DNA of 64,000 nucleotides from Mustelus asterias (taxonomy: Eukaryota): positions 868,001-932,000 of the forward strand of contig NW_027590119.1 of NCBI RefSeq assembly GCF_964213995.1. Reading direction: 5' to 3'. Below are positions 1 to 12,548 of the stretch, in pieces. The position numbers were made by a program, and so were the translations under genes. The stretch's first letter is position 1; each line of letters begins with the position of its first letter. The notes below the pieces were generated by a model. The model searched no databases, was not told the origin of the DNA, and worked only from the letters and a program-made list of their open reading frames with translations.

Positions 1-330
1 GGCTTCTCGCTCTGGCCAGGGCCGTCAGCCGGTGCCTGGAAACCTTGGCTCGATGTGGTGTAGGGGGAGGGGAACAATGGGTGGGGGCGGGGCTCCCGGG
101 TCCGCGCGCCCGGGCCTGTGCACTGGAACCCGGAGACATCACCGCGGAGCACAGTGATTCCTATTGGCTGATTCAGGGAGGACTCTATCGTGGCGTCACA
201 ATGCGCAAGTTGTCCAATGAGCTTCAGAGTGAAACTTCCTCCTCTGGGCAACATCTGGGAGGAAATCAATGTTTCCCCCTTTCCATTTCTTTTCTCATTC
301 TGGGGGAAATTGGGGACTTGCAGCAACTGT
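1..330 (+). promoter_or_regulatory. CpG-rich ZNF promoter/first-exon block (inverted paralog of 23395-23716)
   Basis: Reverse complement matches 23395-23716; contains ATTGG/CCAAT and CGTCA motifs and runs into the shared ZNF intron module (270-471). Confidence 0.7.
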
Positions 331-470
331 AGGGAATGAAGTGAATTTGGTCTGTATATTCCACACATTTTTACTCCAGTAATGTAGACATTTATCTGTC
401 TGGCAGCCTGCATGGAGATTTTCAGCTCTCTGCGTCCAGGACAGGAAGCAGTGAGCATGGATCTGTCAAT

Positions 471-860
471 CACACATGAGGACAGCCTCAACCAGGATCT
501 TGGGTTCATGTCACACTATCTGTAACCCCCACGACTTGCCTGGGCTTGCAAAATCTCACCCACTGTCCTGGCTGGAGACAATATACATCACTTTAACCTG
601 TGCTTAACCCTCTCTCCACTCACATTGTCTGTGCCTTTAAGACTTGATTACCTGTAAATTCGCATTCGAACCATTATCTTGTAAATTGAGTTTGTGTCTT
701 TATATGCCCTGTTTGTGAACAGAACTCCCACTCACCTGATGAAGGGGCAGCGCTCCGAAAGCCTGTGGCTTATGCTACTAAATTAACCTGTTGGATTTTA
801 ACCTGGTGTTGTGAGATTACTTACTGTGCTTACCCCAGTCCAACGCCGGCATCTCCACAC
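471..860 (+). mobile_element. Penelope-like element 3' end (GIY-YIG C-terminus plus pLTR)
   Basis: Encodes THEDSLNQDLGFMSHY, similar to the minus-strand copy at 5040-5610; ends in the shared tail CTTACCCCAGTCCAACGCCGGCATCTCCACA. Confidence 0.75.
736..775 (+). ncRNA. Hammerhead ribozyme-like core in Penelope pLTR
   Basis: CUGAUGA, then stem II (GGGGC/GCUCC), then GAAA-GC; Penelope-like elements are known to carry minimal hammerheads. Confidence 0.6.
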
Positions 861-1049
861 TCTGAGTGGAAACAGAGACAAGTAGGAGAGGCCGGAGGTG
901 AGGAGAGAGATTTTATACATCTACAACTCAACAGGAACTTTGACAGAATTTCCAAACCCTGTGAACACCATCAGCTCCAAGTTCCTCTCCAACCCACACA
1001 CCATCCTGACTTGTCTGACATCCAGTACTGAAAGAACAGAAATTTATTT

Positions 1050-1650
1050 CATTTAAATACTGGGAAGACTGAACCCATTGTGTTCAGTCCCCACTACAAA
1101 CTCCACTCCCTCGCCAACAACTTTATCTCTCCTCCTGGCAACTGTCTGAGGCTGAACCCGACTGTTCACAACCAGGGTGAAATAGTTCATCCCAAGATGA
1201 GCTTCCAGCCACATGTCCACATCATCATCAAGACCACCTTCATTCATAGAAGCATTAATAGTAATTAATTAACAATAATGAATAATAAAGTACAGTGTAG
1301 AAGGAGGACATTCAGCCGATCGAGCCTGCACTGACAAAAATCCCATGCAGGCCCTATCCACATATTTACCTGTTAATCCCCCTGATACCAAGTGGCAATT
1401 TATCATGGCCAATCCGTCTAACCGGCACATCTTTGGACTGTGGAAGGAAACCGGAACACCCGGAGGAAACCCACACAGACACGGGGAGAATGTAGAAACT
1501 CTGCACAGACAGCAACCCGAGGCTGGAATTGAACCCGGGTCCCTGGCGCTGTTAGGCAGCTGCACTAACCACTGTGCCACCGGGCCACATGTCAGTGCCA
1601 TCGCCCGACTCCAGCCCAGTCTCAGCTCATCTGGAACCCTCACCCATTCC
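1050..1650 (+). mobile_element. L2-like LINE ORF2 fragment split by a SINE
   Basis: LNTGKTEPIVFSP...MSFQPHVHIIIKTTFIH before the SINE and AIARLQPSLSSSGTLTHSIVTS after it; typical L2 post-RT motifs. Confidence 0.6.
1290..1585 (-). mobile_element. HE1-like tRNA-derived SINE
   Basis: Minus strand GGTGGCACAGTGGTTAG...GGTTCAATTCC A/B boxes, V-SINE-like core GTGGGTTTCCTCCGGGTG, CR1-like tail. Confidence 0.85.
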
Positions 1651-1773
1651 ATTGTGACGTCACACTCTCAACCATTCCATTGTGACGTCACACTCTCACC
1701 CATTCCATAGTGATGTCACACTGCCACCCATTCCATTGTGACGTCACACCCTCACCCATTCCATTGTGACGCC
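1644..1773. repeat. 28-bp tandem repeat carrying CRE palindromes
   Basis: CCATTCCATTGTGACGTCACACTCTCAC x ~4.6; three perfect TGACGTCA. Confidence 0.9.
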
Positions 1774-1779
1774 AGGGCT

Positions 1780-2470
1780 TCACTCTCCGACAACAATCCC
1801 TGCCGGCCTCCCATATGCAGCCTCAATGGCGGCAGTCAGCCCGGGTCTAACACTACAAGCTGCCGCTCCATTTGGTACAAAGGGGGGGACCGGGAAGTTC
1901 ATTTCCGGGGTTTGGGTTTGAACAACATGTTTACAAAGTCTCTCCACCCACCCGCCACATTTATCATTCCCCGCGCGCCGCCCTCTACCTCGTATTGATC
2001 TCGCTTCCGAGTTAAAACCATCAGTCTGTCCGTCGCCATTACCCGCACTGCGCATGCTTCAGGTCGCGCCCCTCATCCACTCTGATTGGTTGGAGGACCA
2101 GCCGCTCCCGCTCGGTCCTCCAGTCCCGCCCCTCGTTCACGCCGATTGGTTGGAGGACCTGCCGCTCACGCTCGGTCCTCCAGTCCCGCCCCCTCTTCCT
2201 ATTGGTCGGGAGCTGCCGTCAATCAGTCCCCGGGCATTGTGATGTGGAGCATGCGCAGTGTCATTGCTGTCCTTGGCGCTTGTTTGTCTCGGAGAAGCGG
2301 AGTCAGCGTTAGGCGGTGGCTGGGAGGATTTGGAAACACTTTGTGGATCCGCAAACCCTTCAGAATCATTGTCAGCTCCCTGGTTTGCAGCTGCGGGGCT
2401 TCTCCCTCCCTCCCAGGAACAGGGCCAGGTGGGCGGGGAGGATTCATAAACACCCGCTGGAGGCCCCAAC
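1780..2470 (+). promoter_or_regulatory. CpG-island promoter, probably of ZNF gene 1
   Basis: High CpG; YY1-like AATGGCGGC (~1826), NRF1-like TGCGCATG (~2049) and GCATGCGCA (~2248), three ATTGG boxes in a 60-bp tandem duplication (2063-2200). Confidence 0.7.
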
Positions 2471-2550
2471 AGCCCCAGTAAAAAGCTGCAGCTCCCTGCA
2501 GTGACCAGGAGAGAAAATACCCATTAAAATAGCAATTCTCCCAATGTATT

Positions 2551-2865
2551 TCATAGAATCTCTACAGTGCTGAAGGAGGTTATTCGGCCCATCGAGTCTG
2601 CACTGGCAACAATCCCACCTAGGCCCTATTCCGGTAACCCCACATATGTAACCTGCTAATCCCTCTAACCTACTCATCCCAGGACACTAAGGGGCAATTT
2701 AGCATGGCCAATGCACCTAACTGGCACATCTTTGGACGATGGGAAGAAACCGGAGCATCTGGAGAAAACCCAGGCAGACATGGGGAGAACGGGCAGACTC
2801 CACACGGACAGTGACCCAAGCTGGAAATCGAGCTGTGAGGCAGCAGTGCTAACCACTGTGCCGCC
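2551..2865 (-). mobile_element. HE1-like SINE
   Basis: Same SINE consensus on the minus strand with (TTCTATGA) tail. Confidence 0.85.
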
Positions 2866-3849
2866 TACATTGCTGATGAGAATTTTAATTTACTGACTTG
2901 GGAATTAGTTCTCGGGAATAGTCAATCTGAAAATGACCATTAAAATGTGTTTTTAATTTACCCCATAATGCCAGATTTCAGTTTGCATTTCAAAATTGAA
3001 TTGAGAATGTCTGGGAGCAAATGGTAAAATGAGGTTTGAGACACCAGCTGCAATTATTTTCTGTGACTGATGATACCTTTGTGCCTGTGCAGGAGGTCAT
3101 TCCCCTGGTGTTGTGGCACAAATAAAATGGAGCCTTTCCTCGGAACAGGCCCATGTTAATGGTCACCGTGGTGTTTCATTGGTGAGCAGAGCACATGTGA
3201 CTATTGTGGTAACAACAGAGTCAGTGGGGCTGCACGTCCCCTGCCTTGGAAGGAAAATAATTGACTCCTTGATTGTACTCTCAATCTGTACATGGTCTGG
3301 AGGACTGAATCCAGCTGGAGGGAGAGGGAGCTGGGCTCAGAGTGGAGATGGGACAATGAGTTTGATTTCAGCTCAGGGACAATAGAGAGTGTGGGATGGG
3401 GATTACAGCTCAAGATAAATAAGATGGAGAAATGTTTCGTGGAAACTGAAATTGTCTGTTCTCAAGTAATTTTTTAAAACTCTTTTTGCAGGGAACTACA
3501 AGAGGAGGATTCACAGACAGGAAACTGAAACTAAACTTCAGATCAAAGTCTGACAGAGCCATTCGATTCATCATGACCTGAATATGATTGCTTTTGACAG
3601 TGGAGGGAGAAATCATTCCCTGTTTTGTCAGTGGGAGAAAATTTCAAAATTCAATGTGACAGAAAAAGAACTGAGACACACATACACACACACACTCCAG
3701 TGAACTGACTGTGAATCGAGCTTTAACCAGTAACACAGCCTGAAAAACATCACACCATTCACAGTGGGGAGAAACCATACACATGGTGTATATGTGGATG
3801 AGGCTTCAACTAATCATCCAACCTGGAGAGACAGAAGGACACCAGCACC

Positions 3850-4776
3850 GTGGACAAACCGTGGAAATGTGAGGATTGTGGTAAAGGATTCAATCATCCA
3901 TCCCGGTTGGAAACCCATCGACACGGTCACACTGGGGCTGGGAAAATGGAGAAACCATGGAAATGTGATGATTGTGGTAAAGGATTCAATTATCCATACT
4001 TGCTGGAAAACCATAGACACAGTCACACTGGAGAGAGGCCATTCATCTGTTCTGTGTGTGGGAAAGGATTCACTACCTCATCCCACCTGCTGTTACACCA
4101 GCGAATTCACACTGAGGAGAGGCCGTTCAGCTGCTCCACCTGTGGAAAGGGGTTCTCATGTTCATCCAACCTCAGTGCACATCAGCGAGTTCACACTGGG
4201 GAGAGATCGTTCACCTGCTCCTTGTGTGGGAAGGATTTTGCTGGGCCATCCGGTCTTTGGTCACACCAGCGAATTCACACAGGAGAGAAGCCATTCACCT
4301 GTTCTGTGTGTGGTAAGAGATTCACTCTGTCATCTAACCTGCTGTCACACCAGCGAGTTCACACAGAGGAGAGACCGTTCAGCTGCACTTCCTGTGGAAA
4401 GAGGTTCAGGTCTTCATCCAACCTCAGTGCACACAGGCGAGTTCACACTGGGGAAAGGCCGTTCACCTGTTCCACGTGTGGGAGGGAATTCACCAATTCA
4501 TCCGGCCTCCTGTCACATCAGTGAATTCACACTGAGGAGAAGCCATTTATTTGCACATACTGTGGAAAGAGTTTCAGGCAGTTATCAATCCTCACTGCAC
4601 ATCAACGCACTCACACTGGGGAGAGACCATTCACTTGCTCCATGTGTGGGAAGGGATTCACTCAGTCTGGCAGCCTGCATTTACACGAGCTCACCCACAC
4701 TGGGGAGAGGCCATTCACCTGCTCTGTGTGTGGGAAGGGATACACTCGGTCATCCCACTTGCTGACACATCTGTAA
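3850..4776 (+). pseudogene. C2H2 zinc-finger gene 1: 11 fingers, in-frame stops in fingers 8 and 11; ATG at 3946
   Basis: CxxC...HxxxH repeats with TGE(R/K)PF linkers; TGA at 4522-4524 (HQ*IH) and TAA at 4774-4776; the reading frame continues through the first stop. Confidence 0.85.
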
Positions 4777-5039
4777 GTTCACAATTGCCTGCAGGAGTTG
4801 GATTTTGCAGTTACTGCTGCTGTTAATCACATCCAGGATTGATAGTCTGACAATATTTGGTTTGTTTCTGCTGACATTAACAATCACTACAACTGGCTGA
4901 AGTTTAATGTTCTGAAATGTCACTGATTTTCAGGGTTGCTGTGTCCCTTTTTGAATGCACCATATGTGATTTTTTTAATTCAGGAACTCTCAACAGGACC
5001 CGGCACTGCACTGGCAAAGATATTCATAGTAAGAGATTG

Positions 5040-5610
5040 AACAACACCAGGTTAAAGTCCAACAGGTTTATTTGGTAGCAAATACCATTAGCTTTCGGAG
5101 CGCTGCTCCTTCGTCAGATGGAGTGGAAATCTGCTCTCAAGCAGGGCACAGAGACACGGAAATCAAGTTACAGAATGCTGATTAGAATGCGAATCTCTAC
5201 AGCCAGCCAGGTCTTAAAGATACAGACAATGTGAGTGGAGGGAGCATTAAGCACAGGTTAAAGAGATGGAGGGAGCATTAAGCACAGGTTAAAGAGATGT
5301 GTATTGTCTCCAGACAGGACAGCCAGTGAGATTTTGCAAGTCCAGGCAAGCTGTGGGGGTTACTGATAGTGTGATAAACCCAAGTTCCTGGTTTAGGCCG
5401 TCCTCATGTGCGGAACTTGGCTATCAGTTTCTGCTCAGCGACTCTGCGTTGTCGTGTGTCATGAAGGCCACCTTGGAGAACGCTTACCCGAAGATCAGAG
5501 GCTGAATGCCCGTGACTGCTGAAGTGCTCCCCCACAGGAGGAGAACAGTCTTGCCTGGTGATTGTCGAGCGGTGTTCATTCATCCGTTGTCATCGCGTCT
5601 GCATGGTGCT
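5040..5610 (-). mobile_element. Penelope-like element 3' fragment (GIY-YIG C-terminal region plus pLTR)
   Basis: Minus strand QRMNEHRSTITRQD...HFSSHGHSASDLRVSVLQGG...VAEQKLIAKFRT; hammerhead-like core CUGACGA-AGGAGCAGCGCUCC-GAAA at ~5117-5091. Confidence 0.8.
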
Positions 5611-6058
5611 GGCAGCTAATTAGTGGAAAGTATCACCCGTGTAACCACGACATAGTTGCAGAATGAAACAGATTAGTGTTCCCTCTGTTTTGTGCAGCCT
5701 TGTGATTGTGCTAAAGGCCATCACTTTCAGATCTGAAAAGTGCCTGGGTCAAGGTCAAATTACCCCAGAAAGGGACATTTTCTCTCAAATCTGAAGCAAC
5801 AGGTTAAACAAATCATTTCACACTGAAACACATCTTCAACGTTGCGGTAGTTTGTTCAGTTACACACTTGGTTGTCACGTGACTCTGGTTGGCGCATTCC
5901 TGAGCCTCATTGGAGGGATTCCTCACATGAGCCGAGTTTGAGGAGAGTATCTCAGGCCTCCAGTGATGCAGGCGCTGAATCTATTCCTGGAAAAAACACA
6001 TTTGGAATATTGTGATAATGCTGTCTGAATCCATCAGGACAATTTTGGATTCAAGTAT

Positions 6059-9000
6059 GGGGGCGATAATGTTCACTGTTTTATATTTCGGTCTGGGGGG
6101 GATAATGTTCACTGTTTTATATTCGGGTCTGGGGGGGATAATGTTCACTGTTTTATATTCGGGTCTGGGGGATAATGTTCACTGTTTTATATTCGGGTCT
6201 GGGGGATAATGTTCACTGTTTTATATTTGGGTCTGGGGGGGATAATGTTCATTGTTTTATATTTGAGTCTGGCGGGGATAATGTTCACTGTTTTATATTC
6301 GGGTCCGGGGGGGATAATGTTCACTGTTTTATATTCGGGTCTGGGGGATAATGTTCACTGTTTTATATTCGGGTCTGGGGGGGATAATGTTCACTGTTTT
6401 ATATTCGGGTCTGGGGGGATAATGTTCACTGTTTTATATTCGGGTCTGGGTGATAATGTTCACTGTTTTATATTCGGGTCTGGGGGATAATTTTCACTGT
6501 TTTATATTCGGGTCTGGGAGATAATGTTCACTGTTTTATATTCGGGTCTGGGGGGGATAATGTTCACTGTTTTATATTCGGGTCTGGGGGGGATAATGTT
6601 CACTGTTTTATATTCGGGTCTGGGGGTAATGTTCACTGTTTTATATTCGGGTCTGGGGGGGATAATGTTCACTGTTTTATATTCGGGTCTGGGGGGATAA
6701 TGTTCACTGTTTTATATTCGGGCCTGGGGGATAATGTTCACTGTTTTATATTCGGGTCTGGGGGATAATGTTCACTGTTTTATATTTGGGTCTGGGGAAG
6801 AATGTTCACTGTTTTATATTCGGGTCTGGGGGGGGGGATAATGTTCACTGCTTTATATTCGGGTCTGGGGGATAATGTTCACTGTTTTATATTCGGGTCT
6901 GGGGGGGATAATGTTCACTGTTTTATATTCGGGTCTGGGGGGGATAATGTTCACTGTTTTAAATTCGGGTCTGGGGGATAATGTTCACTGTTTTATATTC
7001 GGGCCTGGGGGGGATAATGTTCACTGTTTTATATTCGGGTCTGGGGGATAATGTTCACTGTTTTATATTCGGGTCTGGGGGGGATAATGTTCACTGTTTT
7101 ATATTCGGGTCTGGGGGGGATAATGTTCACTGTTTTATATTCGGGTCTGGGGGATAATGTTCACTGTTTTATATTCGGGTCTGGGGGATAATGTTCAGTT
7201 TTATATTCGGGTCTGGGGGGGATAATGTTCACTGTTTTATATTCGGGTCTGGGGGGGATGATGTTCACTGTTTTATATTCGGGTCTGGGGGGGATAATGT
7301 TCACTGTTTTATATTCGGGTCTGGGGGATAATGTTCACTGTTTTATATTCGGGTCTGGGGGGGATAATGTTCACTGTTTTATATTCGGGTCTGGGGGATA
7401 ATGTTCACTGTTTTATATTCGGGTCTGGGGGTGATAATGTTCACTGTTTTATATTCGGGTCTGGGGGGAATAATGTTCACTGTTTTATATTCGGGTCTGG
7501 GGGGGATAATGTTCACTGTTTTATATTCGGGTCTGGGGGATAATGTTCACTGTTTTATATTCGGGTCTGGGGGGGACAATGTTCACTGTTTTATATTCGG
7601 GTCTGGGGGGGATAATGTTCACTGTTTTATATTCGGGTCTGGGGGGGATATTGTTCACTGTTTTATATTCGGGTCTGGGGGTAATGTTCACTGTTTTATA
7701 TTCGGGTCTGGGGGGGATAATGTTCACTGTTTTATATTCGGGTCTGGGGGGATAATGTTCACTGTTTTATATTCGGGCCTGGGGGATAATGTTCACTGTT
7801 TTATATTCGGGTCTGGGGGATAATGTTCACTGTTTTATATTTGGGTCTGGGGAAGAATGTTCACTGTTTTATATTCGGGTCTGGGGGGGGGGATAATGTT
7901 CACTGCTTTATATTCGGGTCTGGGGGATAATGTTCACTGTTTTATATTCGGGTCTGGGGGGGATAATGTTCACTTTTATATTCGGGTCTGGGGGGGATAA
8001 TGTTCACTGTTTTATATTCGGGTCTGGGGGATAATGTTCACTGTTTTATATTCGGGTCTGGGGGATAATGTTCAGTTTTATATTCGGGTCTGGGGGGGAT
8101 AATGTTCACTGTTTTATATTCGGGTCTGGGGGGGATGATGTTCACTGTTTTATATTCGGGTCTGGGGGGGATAATGTTCACTGTTTTATATTCGGGTCTG
8201 GGGGATAATGTTCACTGTTTTATATTCGGGTCTGGGGGGGATAATGTTCACTGTTTTATATTCGGGTCTGGGGGATAATGTTCACTGTTTTATATTCGGG
8301 TCTGGGGGTGATAATGTTCACTGTTTTATATTCGGGTCTGGGGGGAATAATGTTCACTGTTTTATATTCGGGTCTGGGGGGGATAATGTTCACTGTTTTA
8401 TATTCGGGTCTGGGGGATAATGTTCACTGTTTTATATTCGGGTCTGGGGGGGACAATGTTCACTGTTTTATATTCGGGTCTGGGGGGGATAATGTTCACT
8501 GTTTTATATTCGGGTCTGGGGGGGATATTGTTCACTGTTTTATATTCGGGTCTGGGGGTAATGTTCACTGTTTTATATTCGGGTCTGGGGGGGATAATGT
8601 TCACTGTTTTATATTCGGGTCTGGGGGGATAATGTTCACTGTTTTATATTCGGGCCTGGGGGATAATGTTCACTGTTTTATATTCGGGTCTGGGGGATAA
8701 TGTTCACTGTTTTATATTTGGGTCTGGGGAAGAATGTTCACTGTTTTATATTCGGGTCTGGGGGGGGGGATAATGTTCACTGCTTTATATTCGGGTCTGG
8801 GGGATAATGTTCACTGTTTTATATTCGGGTCTGGGGGGGATAATGTTCACTGTTTTATATTCGGGTCTGTGGGGGATAATGTTCACTGTTTTATATTCGG
8901 GTCTGGGGGGGATAATGTTCACTGTTTTATATTCGGGTCTGGGGGGGATAATGTTCACTGTTTTATATTCGGGTCTGGGGGGGATAATGTTCACTGTTTT

Positions 9001-10967
9001 ATATTCGGGTCTGGGGGATAATGTTCACTGTTTTATATTCGGGCCTGGGGGGGATAATGTTCACTGTTTTATATTCGGGTCTGGGGGATAATGTTCACTG
9101 TTTTATATTCGGGTCTGGGGGGGATAATGTTCACTGTTTTATATTCAGGTCTGGGGGGGGATAATGTTCACTGTTTTATATTCGGGTCTGGGGGATAATG
9201 TTCACTGTTTTATATTCGGGTCTGGGGGGGATAATGTTCACTGTTTTATATTCGGGTCTGGGGGGCATGATGTTCACTGTTTTATATTCGGGTCTGGGGG
9301 GGATAATGTTCACTGTTTTATATTCGGGTCTGGGGGATAATGTTCACTGTTTTATATTCGGGTCTGGGGGGGATAATGTTCACTGTTTTATATTCGGGTC
9401 TGGGGGATAATGTTCACTGTTTTATATTCGGGTCTGGGGGTGATAATGTTCACTGTTTTATATTCGGGTCTGGGGGGAATAATGTTCACTGTTTTATATT
9501 CGGGTCTGGGGGGGATAATGTTCACTGTTTTATATTCGGGTCTGGGGGATAATGTTCACTGTTTTATATTCGGGTCTGGGGGGGACAATGTTCACTGTTT
9601 TATATTCGGGTCTGGGGGGGATAATGTTCACTGTTTTATATTCGGGTCTGGGGGATAATGTTCACTATTTTATATTTGGGTCTGGGGAAGAATGTTCACT
9701 GTTTTATATTCGGGTCTGGCAGATAATGTTCACTGTTTTATATTCGGGTCTGGGGGGGATAATGTTCACTGTTTTATATTCGGGTCTGGGAGATAATGTT
9801 CACTGTTTTATATTCGGGTCTGGGAGATAATGTTCACTGTTTTATATTCGGGTCTGGGGGGGATAATGTTCACTGTTTTATATTCGGGTCTGGGAGATAA
9901 TGTTCACTGTTTTATATTCGGGTCTGGGGGGGATAATGTTCACTGTTTTATATTCGGGTCTCGGGGATAATGTTCACTGTTTTATATTTGGGTCTGGGGG
10001 GGATAATGTTCACTGTTTTATATTCGGGTCTGGGGGATAATGTTCACTGTTTTATATTCGGGTCTGGGGGGGATAATGTTCACTGTTTTATATTCGGGTC
10101 TGGGAGATAATGTTCACTGTTTTATATTCGGGTCTGGGGGGGATAATGTTCACTGTTTTATATTCGGGTCTGGGAGATAATGTTCACTGTTTTATATTCG
10201 GGTCTGGGGGGGATAATGTTCACTGTTTTATATTCGGGTCTGGGGGGATAATGTTCACTGTTTTATATTCGGGTCTGGGGGATAATGTTCACTGTTTTAT
10301 ATTCGGGTGTGGGGGATAATGTTCACTGTTTTATATTCGGGTCTGGGGGATAATGTTCACTGTTTTATATTCGGGTCTGGGGGGGATAATGTTCACTGTT
10401 TTATATTCGGGTCTGGGGGGGATAATGTTCACTGTTTTATATTCGGGTCTGGGGGGAGAATGTTCACTGTTTTATATTCGGGTCTGGGGGATAATGTTCA
10501 CTGTTTTATATTCAGGTCTGGGGGGATAATGTTCACTTTTATATTCGGGTCTGGGCGGGGGGGATAATGTTCACTGTTTTATATTCGGGTCTGGGGGGGA
10601 TAATGTTCGCTGTTTTATATTCAGGTCTGGGGGATAATGTTCACTGTTTTATATTCGGGTCTGGGGGAGAATGTTCACTGTTTTATATTTGGGTCTGGGG
10701 GGGATAATGTTCACTGTTTTATATTCGGGTCTGGGCGGGGGGGATAATGTTCACTGTTTTATGTTCGGGTCTGGGGGATAATGTTCACTGTTTTATATTT
10801 GGGTCTGGGGGATAATGTTCACTGTTTTATATTTGGGTCTGGGAGATAATGTTCACTGTTTTATATTCGGGTCTGGGGGGGATAATGTTCACTGTTTTAT
10901 ATTCGGGTCTGGGGGGGATAATGTTCACTGTTTTATATTCGGGTCTGGGGGGGATAATGTTCACTGT
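6059..10967. repeat. Minisatellite, ~34-36 bp unit, ~140 copies
   Basis: Unit ATAATGTTCACTGTTTTATATTCGGGTCT(G)5-10, highly homogeneous. Confidence 0.98.
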
Positions 10968-11939
10968 CTGGGGTTTGTGAGCTCGGGTTGATTCTGCCGA
11001 CGGTGCATTCTCGGTTGTCAGAGCTCTCATTAAAAGCCCTAATTTCCAGTCAGTGACTGAGTTGTCTCTGATGGGATGGAGAATCAGAGTGGGGGTAATG
11101 TGCTTCATGGACAGCGATGGGTTGGAATGAGTATAAAATAAACCCGGACTACACCAGGTAATTGTGAGAATATTAAAACCATCACAAAAAAATCATAGCA
11201 CCATGTTGGAAAACAGAATACTTTGGCTCAATCTTTGATCAATTTTGTTTGATTCAATATTTTGAGTGGCTTGTTGGATTGCTGGTTATTTTCTAACGGC
11301 AGCTCAGCACCATCATTTTGACCATAAACTCGGCCCTGGCGACTGCTGCATTTTTCCAGCACCTTCTGTTTTAATTCTAAGTGGAACCTTAATATCTGCT
11401 TAGTACACAGGCCAATTTATCTTTCTGGGGTGAGTGTGTCTGAGAGGTATGCAACTGGAAAACATTTTCCATTCACCTCCTGCATTGCTGCAGTATATAT
11501 AGATTGTTCTCACTCTGCCAGCAGGGCTGTGGGATTAATTGGATAGATCTTAAAGACAGCCCGACTGGGCAGGATGAGCCAAATGGTTTCCATCTGTGAT
11601 GTATCATTCCATAAAACAGAATATTCAGCATCAGGAGAAAGAAAGTGAAAGAAACCAGTCTCTGTGGGATTTACCCAACCAGTGTGAGCACCTTCAGGAG
11701 AGCAAAGAGAGGGGAGGAAACCAGTGGGAAAAGTTTTAAAAACTCGGGGTATTCCCACAGGAGAACACTGGTTTAAATCAATTTTATAAATGGAGAATGG
11801 CAGCGCACAAATTCCGAGGAATGCATTTAAAAAAATTATTTGATCTTAATTGCACAAGATAATTTTCTATTATTGTCTTTGACAATGACGCCGTTAATTC
11901 CCAGGTGCCCCTGCGGGTATGAAAGTCCTATTCATTCCA

Positions 11940-12300
11940 CAGGAGTCCATTGCGCAGGCGCAATGCTATATCTGGAGCGTGCGCAGTGTCACTTTGCTTG
12001 GAGCCCTGTGAGTGCGGGAGCTGCTTTTTTCAACGGGTGAGTCGGTGGGGCTGCGGGAGAAATGGAGCCGGGAGTCGGGGGAGGGAGGGAGCTATGGCTT
12101 CACAAACATCCGCTGTAGGCCGCACGGCCCGAATAAGACCCTGCAGGTCCCGGGTTTACAGCTCCCAGGCTTTTATCCCGGGATCAGGCCCCAGTTATCG
12201 GCCGCCATCTTGTTTCAGCGGGGAAGGAGAGCGCATGCGCTGCTGTCGGTGGCGGGTCACAATGGGCGTGGTTTCAGGGGCTGGTTCAGAACCTCTGTCT
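11940..12300 (+). promoter_or_regulatory. CpG-island promoter-like region, probably of ZNF gene 2
   Basis: TGCGCAGGCGCA (~11951), YY1 GCCGCCATCTT (12201), NRF1 GCGCATGCGC (~12231), high CpG. Confidence 0.6.
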
Positions 12301-12311
12301 TCAGAGGGACA

Positions 12312-12548
12312 ATAGAATCATAGAAACCCTACAGCACAGAAAGAGGCCATTCGGCCCATCGAGTCTGCACCGACCACAATCCCACCCAGGCCCCAGCCCC
12401 ATATCCCTACATATTTTACCCACTGATCCCTCTAATCTATGTATCCCAGGACACTCGGGGGCAATTTTTTTAGCATAGCCAATCAACCTAACCCGCACAT
12501 CTTTGGACTGTGGGAGGAAACCAGAGCACCCGGAGGAAACCCTCGCAG
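12312..12548 (-). mobile_element. HE1-like SINE, 5'-truncated
   Basis: SINE core and tail on the minus strand. Confidence 0.8.

Noticed and set aside
1269-1710. Recurring ORFs such as VAQWLALLPHSARDPGSIP
   Set aside because: Translations of HE1-like SINE sequence
3764-4765. 333-aa ORF and similar ORFs overlapping the ZNF genes (…[13 protein letters not shown]…)
   Set aside because: Alternative-frame shadow of C2H2 codon usage, commonly open in ZNF arrays
6012-11108. Many ORFs (MFTVLYSGLGG... / DNVHCFIFGSGG...) and a CRISPR-like appearance
   Set aside because: Translation artefacts of the minisatellite; units are contiguous with no unique spacers, and the context is eukaryotic
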